Source: Antechinus flavipes
Taxonomy: Eukaryota
Reading direction: 5' to 3'
NCBI RefSeq assembly: GCF_016432865.1
Contig: NC_067401.1
Coordinates: 147,622,001-147,686,000, forward strand
Length of the DNA stretch: 64,000 nucleotides
The position numbers and the translations under genes are program-made. The notes under the pieces are model-generated. The model made no database searches. It was given only the letters and a program-made list of their open reading frames with translations, and was not told the DNA's origin. This document shows, piece by piece, positions 12,701 through 28,034 of this stretch (position 1 is the stretch's first letter; the number at the start of each line of letters is the position of its first letter).

Positions 12701-15700
12701 CAGGTGGGGGCACAGGCCCCACGGACCCAGTCTGTTTGGAGGGCACTCCATCCGTCCTCCATCTAAGGCTCCAAGGGGAGGAGTTGTGGGCCAGGTTCCT
12801 TTCGGCTCCCTCATGCCCCATCACTTTTTCCCCTTCTTGTTCCACAGAAGGAAATCAGTGAGGCTGTCCAGCTGACTCCCCACCCCACACAGTGGTCAGA
12901 GAACCAGTCCCAGGCCAGCAGGGAGTCAGAGAGCCGGGCGCTCAAGTCCCAGCTGGAGGAGGAGAGGCAGCGGGTGGCCCGTGTGCAGCAGGAGCTCCAG
13001 GAGCAGAGGAGGCAGCTGCTGCTGCTGAAGACCCAGAAGCCTGTGGAGAGGCTGGAGGAAAAGGAAGTGGTCGAGTTCTACAGGGACCCCAAGCTCGAGA
13101 GCAGCCTGTCCAAAATGAAACACCAGGTGGAGGAGGAGGGCAAGAAGTGGGCCGGCCTGAAGGCCGACCTGGAGGTGGTGAACCAGAAAATAGCCCAGCT
13201 GGAAAAGGAGAAGAATGACATTCAGCCCCATCTGCTGACCAAGGAAGTCACCCAAATCAAGAGGGACCCCACGCTGGACAGCCAGGCAGCCCAGATCAGT
13301 GCTGAGATTGAACATCTTCGAGGAGACAACGCCATCGTCTCTGCCCGGGTGGAACAACTAAAGAAAGAACTAAAGGCCCTGGAACAGAAGGAGGCTAATG
13401 TGAAGGAGAAGGTAGTGGTGAAGGAGGTGGTCAAGTTGGAGAAAGACCCCGAAATGGTCAAGGCATCCTGGGCTCTGAAGCGGCAGATTGAGGACAATGC
13501 CGGCCGCAGGAAAGTGGCGGAGGAGGCAACGGTCAAGCTGCAGGCTCGTGTCCAGGAGTTGGAGCAGCAGATCAGCTCCATGGAACCCAAAATCATTGTC
13601 AAAGAGGTGAAGAAAGTGGAGCAGGACCCTGGGCTCCTTAAAGAGTCTGTCAAACTCAGGAACCTCATTGAGGAGGAGAAAAAGAAGAACATGGTGCTGA
13701 CCAGGGAGCTCAACGACTTGCACAGCAAGTACAGCATGGTGGAAAAACAGAAGCCCAAGGTGGAATTCAAGGAGAGAGTCAACGAGATCTTTCAGGTGGA
13801 TCCAGAGACAGAGAAGGAGATTGCCCGGCTCAGGGCCGAGCTCCAGGACACCACAAACAAGAGAAGCGCCATTGAGAAGGAGGTGGAGGGAACCCTACCG
13901 GAGCTGACCCTCCTCCGGGCCCAGAAGCCAACGGTGGAATACAAGGAAGTGATCCAAGAGGTGGTGAAACATGAGAAGAACCCAGAGCTCCTCAGGGAGA
14001 TTGACCAGCTGAAGGCCCAGCTCAATGATCTCGTCAACACCAACGGCCGGTCTCAGGAGCAACTCATCCGACTGAAGGGGGAGCGGGATGAGTGGAAAAG
14101 AGAGAGATCCAAAGTCGAAACTAAGATGGTGAACAAAGAAGTGATACGCTACGAGAGTGACCCGGTCCTGGAGAAGGAGGTGGAGCGTCTCCGGCGGGAG
14201 GTGCGGGATGCGGTCCAGAAGAGGAGAACCACAGAAGATGTGGTCTATGAGCTTCAGAACAAGTACCTGCTGTTGGAGAGGAGAAGACCCGAGGAGAAGG
14301 TGGTGGTCAAGGAAGTGGTGGTTACCCAGATGGACCCGAAGCTCCACGAGGACCACAGTCGCCTCAGCCGGAGCCTGGATGAGGAAGTGGCCAACAGGCG
14401 GAAGCTGGAGCGCGAGGTGCAGCAGCTCCAGGCCACGGTGGAAGAGAAGGAGAACCTCCTCAGTTTCCAAGAGGACCGGGATAAAAAGCTAGCGATTGAG
14501 AAGGAACTGCGGCAGCTGAGCCTGAGGATCCAGGAGATGGAGCAGCGGCCTCCGGCGGTGCAAGAGAAAATCATCATGGAGGAAGTGGTTAAGCTGGAGA
14601 AGGACCCAGACCTGGAGAAGTCTACCGAGACCCTGCGGCGGGAGCTGGACAGCGAGAAGAACCGGGTGATGGACTTACACCGGGAGTGCAAGAACCTGCA
14701 GGTGAAAATCGATGTCCTCCAGAAGACCAAGTCCCAGGAAAAGACCATCTACAAAGAAGTCATCCGGGTGGAGAAGGACCGGGTCTTAGAAACGGAGAGG
14801 TCCCGCGTCTGGGAGCTGCTCAACAAGGACCGGGCTGCGAGGCAGAACAGGGAGGAGGATGTGAGGAGGCTCAAGGAGAGGCTCGAGAGGGCCGAGGCGC
14901 TGCAGAGGACCTGGTCGCGGGAGGAGGCTGACCTCCAGAAGGCCCGGAGCCAGGCCAGCCAGGAGCGAGCCCAGCTCGAGAAGGAGATGAGGGAGCTCGA
15001 GAGGCAGAGGCAGGAGAGGATGCTCTGCCTCCAGGAGGAGTCCAAACTGCTCAGCCAGAAGACGGAAAGCGAGCGGCAGAAGAAGGCCCAGCGGGGTCAG
15101 GAACTCTCTCAGCTGGAGGAGGCCATTCTGCGGGAGAAGGATCAGATCCACGAGAAGGAGAGGACTCTCAGAGAGCTCCAGCTAAAAGTGAAGCAGGAAG
15201 AGATGAACCAGGACACGCAGCTGAGGGAGACCAACCTCTCCACGAAGATCTCCATCCTGGACCCAGACTCGGGGAAGGACATGTCCCCGTACGAAGCCTA
15301 CAAGCGGGGCATCATCGACCGGGGACAGTACATCCAGCTGCAGGAACTGGAGTGTGACTGGGAGGAGGTCACCACCATGACCCCGTGTGGAGAGGAGTCC
15401 CTCCTCCTGGACAAGAAGAGCGGGAAGCAGTACTCCATCGAGGACGCCCTGCGCTGCAGGAGGATCACCAAGGAGGAGTACCACCTCTATAAGGACGGCC
15501 GCCTCCCCATCTCCGAGTTCGCGCTCCTGGTGGCAGGAGAGACCAAATCTGCCCCGCTCTCCATAGGCTCCATCATCTCCAAGGCCCCCGGCCCCTCCCC
15601 GGCCCCCCAAGCCAGCAGCATCTTCTGCCCCGGCTCCTCCCTCGGCCTCGGCGACGACACCTTTCCCATCGCGGGTGTCTATGACACAGCCACCGACAAC

Positions 15701-16291
15701 AAGTGCAACATCAAGACCGCCGTGGGCAAGAAGATGCTGGACGCGCTCACTGGGCAGAAGCTGCTCGAGGCACAGGCGGCCACAGGGGGCATCGTGGACC
15801 TCCTGACCCGGGAGCGCTACTCGGTGCACAAGGCCCTGGACCGGGGCCTCATCGAGAACACTTCCACCCAGAGGCTGCTCAATGCCCAGAAGGCCTTCAC
15901 TGGCATCGAGGACCCCGTCACGAGGAAGAGGCTGTCGGTGGGCGAGGCCATCCAGAAGGGCTGGATGCCCCGCGAGAGTGCCCTGGCCCACCTGCAGGTC
16001 CAGCACCTCACAGGGGGACTCATTGACCCCAAGAGGACAGGCCGCATGCCTCTCCCCCAAGCCTTGCTGGCTGGCATGATCAATGAAGAGCTGGCTCAGC
16101 TCCTCCAGGACGAATCCAGCTACGAAAAAGAACTGGTCGACCCCATCTCCAAAGAGCGATTAAGTTACAAGGAAGCCATGGCCCGCTGCCGGAGGGACCC
16201 AATGACCGGCCTCCTGCTCCTCCCTGCAACCCAAGAGAACTACTGTTCTTACCGCACAGCCTCCCCTTCTCTGCCACGCGCTCTGTGCTAA
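757..16291 (+). CDS. EVPL: Envoplakin, 3' part (13 coding exons, about 1697 aa in window; 5' exons lie upstream of the window)
   Basis: Exons read with AG/GT and consistent phases: 757-882, 3109-3255, 4190-4344, 4733-4830, 6637-6809, 8827-9005, 9109-9247, 9399-9592, 10584-10734, 11706-11789, 11912-12022, 12146-12238, 12848-16291 (TAA). Peptides match envoplakin (VDSICDWDSG, APAACFCIP, KNKFSDVQVLCSLYGEK, KEVV rod repeats, C-terminal plakin repeat domain LLEAQAATGGIVD). Synteny with CDK3, TEN1 and ACOX1 agrees. Confidence 0.97.
1170..1990. repeat. CA-rich minisatellite, about 41-bp unit with a 166-bp higher-order repeat, in an EVPL intron
   Basis: Unit ACACACACCTGTACATACAAGCCCACGTAGAATCCATACAG. 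The marker TCTG(G/A)ATGCACACC recurs at spacings of 207 and 166 bp. Confidence 0.9.
2455..2670 (-). mobile_element. CORE-SINE (Mar1-like with RTE-type tail)
   Basis: TTTACAGATGGGAAAACTGAGGCAAACAGG core plus CCTGGCAAAGATAGTGGAGTGG tail. Confidence 0.75.
5385..5650 (+). mobile_element. CORE-SINE (Mar1-like)
   Basis: tRNA-like head TAGCTAAATGGTTCAGTGGAT; tail ACTACTCCAGTACCTTTGTCAGGAAAATCCC. Confidence 0.7.
5670..5912 (+). mobile_element. MER63-like non-autonomous hAT (Blackjack) DNA transposon, internally deleted
   Basis: GAAATTAGCAAACACTACAAATCAGAGCTTGACTTATT...GTCTAGACTT...TAATGCAGATTAAA and the end TAAACACTTACCAACA match my recollection of MER63. Confidence 0.7.
6860..7340 (-). mobile_element. 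LINE-2 3' fragment
   Basis: CTTACTATGCAAAAGGCACAGTGCTAGG...AGAGCTTACAGTCTAATAGAGGAGA, typical of an L2 3' end. Confidence 0.6.
8516..8690. repeat. 46-bp tandem repeat, about 3.6 copies
   Basis: GGCTGGTCTCCCCTCACCGGCCTCCTGAGCGACTGTCAAAGGTAGA starting at 8521, 8567, 8613 and 8659. Confidence 0.95.
9623..10482. repeat. 21-bp G-rich, CpG-rich VNTR (about 41 units) filling most of an EVPL intron
   Basis: Units GGGGCTGCCTGGGAGGGCGTC and GGGGCTGGCCGGGAGGGCGTC interspersed. Confidence 0.97.
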
Positions 16292-16535
16292 CGGGAGCGT
16301 TCTGGGCACACCGAGCAGGCGGGAAGGCGGGCGTTAGAGGTCATCTCTCTTTTTTTAGCTAAATAAAATTCCCTTATACCCTCCAAAGGCAGCCAGATCC
16401 CCATTCTCTCTCTGTTTAAATGTTTTATCATGAAGAATGGTCTCTGTATCTGAGCTCCCCTACCTTAGATGACTAACAACATTTCCTTAACCCCAGAAGT
16501 CAGCATGACTTTGTCCTCTCCAACTGAATGCATGC

Positions 16536-16541
16536 AATAAA
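16536..16541 (+). terminator. Candidate EVPL poly(A) signal AATAAA (alternative at 16362)
   Basis: AATAAA about 245 nt after the stop, followed by U/GU-rich sequence. Confidence 0.6.
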
Positions 16542-16837
16542 CTCCCCTCTTGTCTCAGTGGCTGAGCTGTCATTGATTGAAACATGGGATAGAGTTGTTT
16601 GATGGGGCAGGGAGGGTGGAGATACCTGCTGAGAACTGAGAAAACTTCTCCTAGCTCAGTGGAAGGATATGGCTCTGCTGCCTCTCATTCTGGGTCTAAG
16701 AAGACTTGTACAATGGGATGAGATCCAGAACTCTTCCCCATTGAACTAACAGTGGCCTCCTGCCTCCCCTGAATATCTTCTCCCCATTTTACTTGCCGTC
16801 TGTGTTCTGTACAGTTCAATCTCTTTTTGCCTATGGC

Positions 16838-17012
16838 ACAGGGTCTTAATTATTTTTGTGCTACCTTCTTGGAAAAAAACATTTTACATGCATAAAATAA
16901 AATGCTTAGGAACACAAAGAAAATTAATTACATTGAAATAGCTAGCAAAAAAATTTTTTTTCAATTCATGGATCTCAAGATAAGCACCCCTGTTCTAGGG
17001 ACTACCTTCAGT
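16838..17012. mobile_element. hAT-Charlie (Charlie4z-like) MITE; related copies near 7380-7560 and 54115-54280
   Basis: Ends CAGGG...CCCTG and the internal motif ATGCATAAAATAAAAT...AGGA...CAAAG shared by the three copies. Confidence 0.6.
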
Positions 17013-17098
17013 CTCCCAGTGAACCATGTTGACTTTTCCCTTCCCTTAGGTCCCTTTCCACTGAAGGGATAGACACCATGTAGATCAGAAATGTCATT

Positions 17099-17104
17099 TT
17101 TATT
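17099..17104 (-). terminator. Candidate CDK3 poly(A) signal AATAAA
   Basis: TTTATT on the plus strand, about 660 nt downstream of the CDK3 stop. Confidence 0.5.
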
Positions 17105-17763
17105 TCTTATTCTGAAATCCAGGACCAAATGAATGCAATTCCATTATGGATAAACAGTTAACTGCTGAAAACACACCCAACTCACATACTTGCCACTGAC
17201 CATGTATGGAAAAATTCCCCTCTCTTCTACCTCTTCTAAATGGAATTCAACTCCTTCCTAAACAGTTTAAACCCCAAAAGAACAGCAGGGGGCTGGACAT
17301 GGGGTGCAGGAGCAAAATCCTTTCTACCTTGGAATTCTTGACTTGAAGGTAAAGTTTGGGCTACATCTGTGAAGTCAAGAGGTTAATTCCTAAAGAGAAA
17401 AGCAAAGTGGATAAAATAAAAATGGCCCTCTTCCTCTGAGCACCTCCCACCAGTGTTCCTGGGTACAAGGGAGCTGCTCTCTTACCTCTCCCTTCTGAGG
17501 CAACTGTGCCCTCCACTCTGAAGTGGCGCCATCAAACCCAACAAAGAACATGGGAACTCTCACTAACCTGGGAGAAGGACTGGTCCAAACCTAGCCCTTC
17601 ATGGTCCCCAGACCACAGCTGAACCCAGACACAAAATCCATCCTGCCTCTAATTCCCCTCCAGCATTAGAGACAGATGGCTAGAGCTGCAGCTGCAGAAG
17701 GGACTTTGGGTACTGGGCCTGAGAAGGAGGGGGATGAGGGCAGAAGCTGGATGCCCGTCCCCT

Positions 17764-22612
<4,849 letters not shown>

Positions 22613-23189
22613 TCATTCCCTACTTGCTCCACCTCCCCCTTCCAGCCTCTGTCCCACCCCTGCGGCCTCCCGGGCACTTGGGGTCTCCTAGCCTGCTCAC
22701 AACCCCACCCACCCCCTGCCTGCCCTGCTGCTGGTCCCTACGGAGAGCAGGGAGGATCAAACCTCCTGGCCCTCCTGTCCTCTCGGGACCTCTTGACCTC
22801 TCGACCTCCCACACTGGCTCAGGCTTCCTCTGGGGCACCCTGGGAACAGCTCCGGAGGTCAGAGGTCAAAGGGCACACAGATGAGCCCTGCAGGCAGCGG
22901 CCGGCCTAGTGCCTGCCTGCCTTCAGGGGACCAGGCCCGAGACCGAGAAGCCTGGGAAATTTTCCAAGAGCGCCCCCCCAGGCCCTCCCCCAACGTAGGG
23001 CCCCACCCACCAGCCAGGTCCCTGCGGCCCGTCCATAGAGGGGGAGGGGGGAGGGGGACCAGGTGCTGGGGCTCCTGGGGACCAAGGAGAAGGAGGCTCT
23101 GGGGGGCTCCCTGCAATAACCCCGAGGCCGCCGGCCTCCCCAAACACTGCGCCCGTCCCTACAGTCAGCCAGAAAGGTTGGGAGAAAAT

Positions 23190-25760
23190 CTAAGCTGTAC
23201 AACTCAATAAGGGGGCGCAACTCCCCATGGAACTCAATAAGGGGGCGCAACTCCCCATGGAACTCAATAAGGGGGCGCAACTCCCCATAGAATTAAATAA
23301 GGGGGCACAACTCCCCATGGAACTCAATAAGGGGGCGCAACTCCCCGTAGAACTCAATAAGGGGGCGCAACTCCCCATGGAACTCAATAAGGGGGCGCAA
23401 CTCCCCGTAGAACTCAATAAGGGGGCGCAAGTCCCCATAGAATTAAATAAGGGGGTGCAACTCCCCATAGAATTAAATAAGGGGGTGCAACTCCCCATGG
23501 AATTAAATAAGGGGGCGCAACTCCCCATAGAACTCAATAAGGGGGCACAACTCCCCATGGAACTCAATAAGGGGGCACAACTCCCCATGGAACTCAATAA
23601 GGGGGCGCAACTCCCCATAGAACTCAATAAGGGGGCGCAACTCCCCATGGAACTCAATAAGGGGGCGCAACTCCCCATAGAACTCAATAAGGGGGCGCAA
23701 CTCCCCATGGAACTCAATAAGGGGGCGCAACTCCCCGTAGAACTCAATAAGGGGGTACAACTCATTGAACTCAATAAGGGGGTGCAATTCTACCTCTAAG
23801 TCATAGACTTCAATAAAAGGGTACAATTCCTCATCGAATTCAATAAGGGGGTACAACTCCTCATAGAACTCAATAAAGGGGTACAGTTCCTCATAGAACT
23901 CAATAAGGGGGTGCAACTTTACCTCTAAGTCCTAGAATTCAATAAACGGCTACAACTATTCAAAGAACTCAATAAGGGGGTACAACTCATTGAACTCAAT
24001 AAAGGGGTACAATTCCTCATAGAACTCAATAAGGGGGTGCAACTTTACCTCTAAGTCCTAGAATTCAATAAACGGGTACAACTATTCAAAGAACTCAATA
24101 AGGGGGTACAACTCATTGAACTCAATAAGGGGGTACAATTCTACCTCTAAGTCTTAGACTTCAATAAAAGGGTACAATTCCTCATCGAATTCAATAAGGG
24201 GGTACAATTCCTCATAGAACTCAATAAAGGGGTACAGTTCCTCATAGAATTCAATAAGAGGGTGCAACTTTACCTCTAAGTCCTAGAATTCAATAAACGG
24301 CTACAACTATTCAAAGAACTCAATAAGGGGGTACAACTCATTGAACTCAATAAAGGGGTACAATTCCTCATAGAACTCAATAAGGGGGTGCAACTTTACC
24401 TCTAAGTCCTAGAATTCAATAAACGGGTACAACTATTCAAAGAACTCAATAAGGGGGTACAACTCATTGAACTCAATAAGGGGGTACAATTCTACCTCTA
24501 AGTCTTAGACTTCAATAAAAGGGTACAATTCCTCATCGAATTCAATAAGGGGGTACAATTCCTCATAGAACTCAATAAAGGGGTACAGTTCCTCATAGAA
24601 TTCAATAAGAGGGTACAACTTTATCTCTAAGTCCTAGAATTCAATAAAGGGGTACAACTCCTCATAGAACTCAATAAGGGGGTACAACTCTATCTCTAAG
24701 TCCTAGAATTCAATAAACGAGTGCAACTATTCAAAGAACTCAATAAGGGGGTGCAATTCTACCTCTAAGTCTTAGACTTCAATAAAGGGGTACAATTCCT
24801 CATCGAATTCAATAAGGGGGTATGATTCCTCATAGAACTCAATAAAGGGGTACAACTCTACCTCTAAGTCTTAGAATTCAATAAAGGGGTACAATTCCTC
24901 ATCAAATTCAATAAGGGGGTACAACTCCTTATAGATCTCAATAAAGGGGTACAATTCCTCATCGAATTCAATAAGGGGGTACAACTCCTCATAGACCTCA
25001 ATAAAGAGGTGCAACTCCTCATAGAACTCAATAAGGGGATGCAACTCCTCATAGAACTCAATAAGGGGGTGCAACTCCTCGTAGAACTCAATAAAGAGGT
25101 ACAACTCCCCATAGAATTCAATAAGGGGGTGCAACTCTACCTCTAAGTCATAGAATTCAATAAGGGGGTGTAATTCCTCATGGAATTCAATAAAGGGGTA
25201 CAATTCCCCATAGAATTCAATAAAGGGGTACAACTCCCCATAGAACTCAATAAGGGGGTGCAACTCTACCTCTAAGCCATAGAATTCAATAAAGGGGTAC
25301 AACTCCCCATAGAATTCAATAAAGGGGTACAACTCTACCTCTAAGCCATAGAATTTAATAAGGGGGCACAACTCCCCATAGAACTCAATAAGGGGTACAA
25401 CTCTACCTCTAAGCCATATAATTCAATAAGGGGGCACAATTCCCCATAGAACTCAATAAGGGGGTGCAACTCTACCTCTAAGCCATAGAATTCAATAAAG
25501 GGGTACAACTCCCCATAGAATTCAATAAAGGGGTACAACTCTACATCTAAGCCATAGAATTCAATAAGGGGGTACAACTCCCCATAAAATTCAATAAGGA
25601 AGTACAACTCCACCTCTAAGCTACAGAATTCAATAGTGAGGTGCAACTCTACCTGTAAGCCATACAATTCAATAAGGGGGTACAACTCTACCTCTAAATC
25701 ATAAAATTCAATAAGAGGGTACAACTCCATCTCTAGGCTGTAGAATTCAGTGATGGGGTA
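23190..25760. repeat. Composite satellite-like array of 30/27/39-bp monomers, with a homogeneous block and a 351-bp higher-order repeat
   Basis: AACTCAATAAGGGGGCGCAACTCCCCATAG with exact 30-bp period over 23201-23740. The marker GACTTCAATAAAAGGG falls at 23806, 24157 and 24508 (351-bp period), then 24775. Confidence 0.97.
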
Positions 25761-25859
25761 CATACCAGACCACTCCTCAACTCACTTCTAAGACCACTCC
25801 TCAATTCCATCTCTAAAGCCATGAAATCAGCACATCAGTTGGACATGACTCTTTTCAGC

Positions 25860-26233
25860 ACTGAGGTGATTCAGGCCAATTCCAATAAACTTGTGATGGA
25901 GAGCCATCTGCATCCAGAAAGAGGGCTGTCGGGACTGAATATGGATCACAACATGATATTTTCACCTTTTTAAATTATTGTTTACTTGCTTCTTGTTTTC
26001 ATTTTCTTTCCTTTTTGATCTGATTTTTCTTGCATAGCATGATAAATGTAGAAATATATAGAGAGGAATTGCACATGTTTAACATATATTGGATTACTTA
26101 CTGTCTAAGAAAGGGGTTGGAGAAAGGGAGGGAGAAAAACTTGGAACACAAAGTTTTGCAAGGATGAATGTTGAAAACTACCTGGGTATATGTTTCTAAA
26201 ATAAAAAGCTTTAAAAAAAAAAAAAAAAAAAAA
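25860..26233 (+). mobile_element. L1 3' UTR fragment with poly(A) tail
   Basis: GATTCAGGCCAATTCCAATAAACTTGTGATGGAGAG...TTGGAACACAAAG...AATAAAAGCTTT(A)n. Confidence 0.85.
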
Positions 26234-26239
26234 GAGCAT

Positions 26240-27130
26240 ATTAGTGACATGAAGCACCCGATCTTTCTTTTTTCCTATCTTCTTCCTTCTTTGCTAAATT
26301 CTTTTGGAACTTAGCCTGCTTCAATTGGCATTATAATTATAATAAACCTTGCCCCTTGACTTGGAGATGAATCTGAACCTGCAAAGTCTTTTGAGACACC
26401 TTGTGACACTGGCATGGAACCCCCAACTTTTAGGGAGTGTCCTTTGAACCCAATCAAGAATCTCCATGAGTAAAGGGAAAGGGGATCAATTTGACCACCT
26501 CTGCCATTTCTTTTTTCTCCCTTAATGAATCTGAAATGATTACAGGAACTTCTGCCCAGAAAGCAGCTCCATGCACAGTTGCTCTGGTCTCTTAGTACTT
26601 GAGAAAGTCGTGGCTGGTTTTCAGTGACTGAGACCCCCACGAATTTAATGAGTCTGGGGGCTGCAAGAGCCCCCTCCCTTTGCCTTGGACTTCCAGGCCA
26701 GAATGCAGTGGGGGAGGGGTAGATTTCTCCCTCCCTACTAACCCCAATCCCAAGGGCAGAAAACGGTGACTTTAGGAATTCTTCGATTCTCATTCCCTAG
26801 CCTTTCTGGGCACAAGTCAGAGAAGAGAATTCCTGGGAGTTATGTTCCGGGAAATTCCAAGTTTAAAAATCCCCAAATTTGAAAATTCCTGTATTTTGAA
26901 ACTCCCAGAGGGAGAATTCCTCAATAGAATGCTCCACAGAGAAAGTTAAGGACCATTATTAACATGGTGGTTTCTGCATCATACAGGGGGTTATCAGATT
27001 TACATTTGGCTCACTAGGTACTGGATATGTTTTCTTTTTTAGTCTCTACTAAGGTTTGGGAATGGGAAATAATGGATAATAATAATAGTAATAATCAGTG
27101 CTTTTATAATAGTTTTTTATATTAGTAACA
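26240..27130. mobile_element. LTR-like sequence(s), probably two abutting LTR remnants
   Basis: AATAAACCTTGCCCCTTGACTTGGAG U5-like tail at about 26340-26460. The segment ending TAGTAACA at 27129 shares about 110 bp with the element at 28380-28962. Confidence 0.45.
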
Positions 27131-27639
27131 AGTGTTTTTGCTGAGTTGTTGACATTGCAAGTCTGGAATGAGTGAGAAACATCTGTTTATCAGCCCCATA
27201 GTCTCTGATAGTCTGGGAGATTTGAACAGACCAAGCAAGTTTATGTTTTTGTATTTGTTCATGTGCTCCTTGATTTCTTGAAGCTTATGTCTTTTCCAGA
27301 ATGAGTCAAATAAATAAAGGTTGTCCTATACCAATCTGATAGAAATAACCATCATAAACTATAGCTGAGCCAGATGCATAATCATCTTTTTCCTGTCCTG
27401 CTTTGTATATGGGAATGCTCATTGTATTTGTAAAATTGTTGTTTAACAATTATTATTGTTACAATAAATTATTGCTAAATCTAAGCTTTATTTAAGAGAG
27501 TTCCCTGGAGTATTTTCTCTGAGGGTAGAAGCAGTGATCAGATTTAAAAACTTACCCTCTTGAGGTCAAGCCCCCAAGGATACAAATGGGAAGGATTCGG
27601 CCACAGACCACACACAGAAAAAAACAAAAAAAACCCAAT

Positions 27640-27645
27640 TTTATT
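27640..27645 (-). terminator. Candidate TEN1 poly(A) signal AATAAA (alternative at 27487-27492)
   Basis: On the minus strand the hexamer is followed by a U-rich then GU-rich tract (TTTTTTTGTTTTTTTCTGTGTGTGGTCTGTGG). Confidence 0.55.
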
Positions 27646-28034
27646 AATATTATTAAATATCCAGCTCTGTGGGAAAAAAAAAAGTTGCTTTCATAAACAT
27701 CCCACTGTCCCATACCAACAACAACAACAACAAAAAAAAATGGTGTCTGGGAAAACAAGTAGGTTCTTGGGGGAAAGACATACTTGGGCACATACAACTC
27801 TGTTTTCACACTAAAATGATGGAAAGAAACATAACTGTTGGAGCGACACGTATCTGTTCTCCCAGACCTCTGGAGCCGGATGCTGTCCCTTCTGGGGATT
27901 CCTTCCAGTATTAAATAAGGGAGTTGATCTTCTTGGGACACAGCATAAGGGACAGGGGCCAGACTAACCCCTTGGCTCTGAGGAAACACCAACTAATCTG
28001 TTATCAGACCATACAAGGTTGGGTGTGAGCCAAG

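Noticed and set aside
12926-16277. Antisense and alternate-frame ORFs over the EVPL last exon
   Set aside because: Shadow ORFs from GC-rich coiled-coil codon usage, with no recognisable domains.
23190-25760. CRISPR-like appearance (30-bp hairpin-capable repeats)
   Set aside because: Monomers are contiguous with no unique spacers, there are no cas genes, and the context is mammalian.
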